A stretch of 64,000 bases of DNA from Gnetum montanum (lineage: Eukaryota; Plantae; Gnetophyta). Positions 62,556 to 64,000 of this stretch are shown in pieces. The notes below the pieces were generated by a model. It had not been told where the DNA came from. It did no database searches and saw nothing but the letters and a program-made list of their open reading frames with translations. A program made the translations under genes and the position numbers. Location: contig MNCI01000651.1 in the NCBI GenBank assembly GCA_015680685.1, positions 1,178,001-1,242,000 on the forward strand, written 5' to 3'. The stretch's first letter is position 1, and every line of letters begins with the position of its first letter.

Positions 62556-64000
62556 TGATAAATTAAGTTTTTACATGGCTATGATATTGAGCATTCGATA
62601 TCAAAGTTGCAATATCAGATCCACAATATCAAGGCACAAGCTATGATGTCAGCTATCTAATATCATGAACACATGCAGGCCTATAAATACAACACTTAGG
62701 CACATAGTCCAAACAACAATTTTCATTCCACCTTACCAATACTCTTGCAATTTATTTTCATAGCTTAGTAATAAAGTGTATGCCCATAGTGTGGTGTTGA
62801 GTGATTGTACAAAGTCTTTATTCAAGAATCTTGTACTTGGACACAAGTGTGAACAACAATAATGATCAAAATTACTTTACACCATTACAATATCCACTTA
62901 GTTTCTTTACTATTTACCTAGAATAATGTTTACTATTTTCACTTAGCCTACTGATTACTGTTTTCTTAGTTACTATTTACTTTTCCATTAACTTTACTTT
63001 TATTATTGTTAAGTAGAATGAATACAATTGATTTTGAGTGTAAAGTTTGATCATTTGATAACCTAGTAGTATTATCGCTTGGTTCACCTAGTAGTGAGGT
63101 ACTTGGTAATCTCAGTAATGATTACTTAAGTCTAAAATGTGTGTGGAGAGTTAGGAATGGATGCCCATTACCTAGGATAGACTAGATTCATTTTCCATTT
63201 ACTTAGACTTTGAAACGACTTTCATTTACCTTATGTTTACTAGGAGTTATGGCTTACCAATATCAATATATCATACACCTCACTAAGAGCTAAATCATAT
63301 ACATAGATTATACTAGCTCCACATGGGAACATAACGATCCTAAACTTTAACTAACTACTAGCATATTCACATTGCCTTGTCCATGGAATTTGACCAAGCT
63401 ACACATGAACACTCATATCTCATATGGTTGGGTGTTGGACTACTCCATCACTCATCATTGGCACTATTCTTAGGGACAAGTTAATATATGCTAAGTAATT
63501 TATTTCACAAAGTTCATTATACTAGAATGCAAGTTGAACTTTATAACTCTAAGACAAGGCACACTTAAAATAAACATCTAAAAGAATAGAATATGGCTTC
63601 AAACAAAAATACACACTACCTGCCAAAGAGACAAGAAAGAGCAATAATAGAATAAGTGATAAAGAAGAATGGGGGATGCCAATGTAAACAATAATCACTT
63701 ATGCTCACACTAATCCTTATCGTCTAGATTTTACTTTCATCTTCCATCAAGATAGTTAGATGAGGTGGAGAAACATACAAGGTGACATTGTCCTACCTCT
63801 AGAATGTGTAGCATTCACCATTCTTCAAACTACCTTAAAGGGAATGAATCTTAACCAAATCCAAGAAGGGTACCATTTGACTAAGCACATGACTAGGCCC
63901 TATGAACCCACAAAGGAGAAAATGAGAAGAGATGCTGTCATGGAAATCAAACATGTACATAACAAATTAAAGCAATTCAACACTTCTATTGTTTTGGAGA
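62556..64000 (+). mobile_element. 5' end of another old Athila-like element E (LTR about 62556-63457, PBS 63459-63477), running off the window
   Basis: GATATC cluster + CTATAAATA; LTR end CTCATCA; then TGGCACTATTCTTAGGGAC (degenerate Asp PBS). The LTR start is approximate. Confidence 0.75.

Noticed and set aside
62556-63457. LTR E as the inverted missing 5' LTR of element D
   Set aside because: Related but visibly diverged, and the flanking 5-mers (ATCAT versus CATTC) do not form a TSD.

Overview
AT-rich plant nuclear DNA, probably a large-genome non-monocot vascular plant and possibly a gymnosperm (inference only). There is one host gene: a 5-exon TIR-NB-ARC-LRR (TNL) immune receptor at 8178-12075 (+). 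It carries an MHV variant of the MHD motif and a recently expanded LRR array. Its original 3' end has decayed behind a frameshift and a 380-bp solo LTR. Almost everything else is a stack of nested, decayed retroelements: a non-autonomous tRNA-iMet-primed LTR element (182-3846), two near-complete Athila-like Ty3/gypsy elements (18965-28860 minus; 41641-54905 plus), several older Athila-like relics, four solo LTRs with TSDs, an RTE LINE relic and two tRNA-derived SINE-like heads. The most novel signal is a conserved accessory module between pol and the 3' LTR of the Athila-like lineages. It has four parts: (i) a stem-loop whose arms covary around a 37-nt loop in every copy, (ii) a 29-nt repeat-spacer array, (iii) an internal TATA promoter that reuses the palindromic motifs of the element's own LTR, and (iv) a large spliced accessory ORF. 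The inverted repeat at 53619-54520 is an assembly artefact. All calls are by eye; no database search was run.
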